Of a stretch of DNA of 64,000 bases, positions 62,723 to 64,000 are shown one piece after another. The DNA comes from Octopus bimaculoides (lineage: Eukaryota). Where the stretch lies: contig NC_068994.1 in the NCBI RefSeq assembly GCF_001194135.2, positions 57,957,651 through 58,021,650 of the forward strand, in the 5' to 3' direction. The notes below the pieces were generated by a model that was not told the DNA's origin, searched no databases, and saw only the letters and a program-made list of their open reading frames with translations. Both the position numbers and the translations under genes were made by a program. How positions within the stretch are numbered: the stretch's first letter is position 1; each line of letters begins with the position of its first letter.

Positions 62723-63619
62723 TTGCTCACTGGCCTTGTCACTCACCAGATCCTGGTTGTTGTTTAGTCCTTCCACTTGATGTGGATATTGGTAGACGAT
62801 ATTGGTACAATGACAAGGTAACAGTTTGCTCTACTTCTACTGCTATTTTTGACTATTTAAATCTGCTATAAATACTTAGCTATAAATACTTTATTAAATT
62901 ACTTAACACATTCAATTTTATAAGAATGGCTTATTTGTATATAAGAGAGTATTTCTAGCCATGTTTTAAAAGAATTTTGGTATATTTAACATCTAAAAAG
63001 AAAAGCAAAATATTGTAAGTTTGGGACATGAATTCAAAAATGAATTAAAAATTTTTTTTCTTAGTTATGTTCAAACCTCAGTTTAACTATTTAGCATTTA
63101 AGCTGGCCATATCAAGCCCAGATATTGTACCTGTTTTATGTTGAAACTGGCCTGATCCAGCCTCTCACATATCCTACAATGTTATTCTAAAAATAACTAA
63201 CCACATCATTGAAATCTCAAGGCTACAATGTAATACATGAATCTGATTAGGAAAAAGATTTATTTTGTTAAATCTATCCAAAATCTTGATACTTTTCGAA
63301 ATTAATTGAAATATTTTGACAGTATATTTCAGTGGAAATATCATTTGGAAATGGTTAATGTAGATTTGTATGTTCCCTTTAAATAATATAATCCACCAAA
63401 TATTTTCAAATTGGTTAGAAGTACTGTTTTAAATTAATTTCTTTCTAGTGAGTATTAGGTTAGTAAGAATCTTTTGCATTTACTGTGTACAAGGCATCAA
63501 TTCCTTCCTGTGCTGGTGTTGCAAAAAAATGCATCCAGCAGATATTGTAAAATAGTTGGCATATGGGCAGAGAAAAGTGTAGGGTTATGAGGTGGCTCTT
63601 TTTGTGTCTCACCGAGGGA

Positions 63620-63845
63620 TTATCAACCTCTTTAATGTTGGTGCCATGAGGAACTACACTCAGCACACTCTGTAAAGTGGTTGGTGACAGGAAGAGCATC
63701 CTGCTGTAGAAACCACACAAAATGACACGTACAGAGACACCTGTCTGTGTGATCAGTGGTTCCAAATAAGAACCGAATCAGGCTGTGATGACTTGTCCAA
63801 CCCATGCCAAAGTAGAAAGCAGAAGGTTATGATGATGATGATGAT
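63620..63845 (+). mobile_element. (GAT)n-tailed retroelement 3' end, diverged
   Basis: GGTTGGTGACAGGAAGAGCATCCTGCTGTAGAAACC...TCCAACCCATGCC...ATGATGATG. Confidence 0.6.
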
Positions 63846-64000
63846 TATTCCATCATTTTTCCCTTGTCTATATTTATCAAATGATTTTTTGAAGCAATTA
63901 TTCCCTGATATGCTACACCAAAGTATCCCTGGAACACTCAGCCTGTGACATTATAATAAAAGCTGGATTCCATCTGTAATTCAAAGACCTTGATGAGCCA

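Overview
This is AT-rich animal genomic DNA with dense microsatellites, SINEs and several N gaps; the repeat content suggests an octopus (inference). The window holds one large plus-strand gene, an attractin homologue (ATRN/ATRNL1/distracted family). I traced 23 coding exons from ATG 745 to 44441, about 3.1 kb of CDS. All introns are GT-AG and phases are consistent, apart from one break explained by an exon probably lost in the gap at 39047-39881. The domains are signal peptide, EGF, CUB, 2 EGF, kelch propeller, PSI repeats and laminin-EGF, ending at the start of the transmembrane region; there is no C-type lectin domain. The remaining TM and cytoplasmic exons were not found in the last 19.5 kb. 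Introns contain tRNA-derived SINEs, RTE-like LINE remnants, a mariner remnant, a hAT/Charlie transposase remnant and MITEs. Two observations stand out. First, a short non-coding retroelement family combines a tRNA-like Pol III head with a minimal Penelope-type hammerhead ribozyme, an inverted 3'-end copy and 12-13 bp target-site duplications; its intact ribozymes occur only antisense to the host gene. Second, the intron just before the TM-proximal exon holds a LINE fragment in frame with attractin and a cryptic acceptor followed immediately by TGA, which may parallel the LINE-1-derived secreted isoform of human attractin. Repeat boundaries are approximate and were read by eye; human sequence comparisons are from memory.
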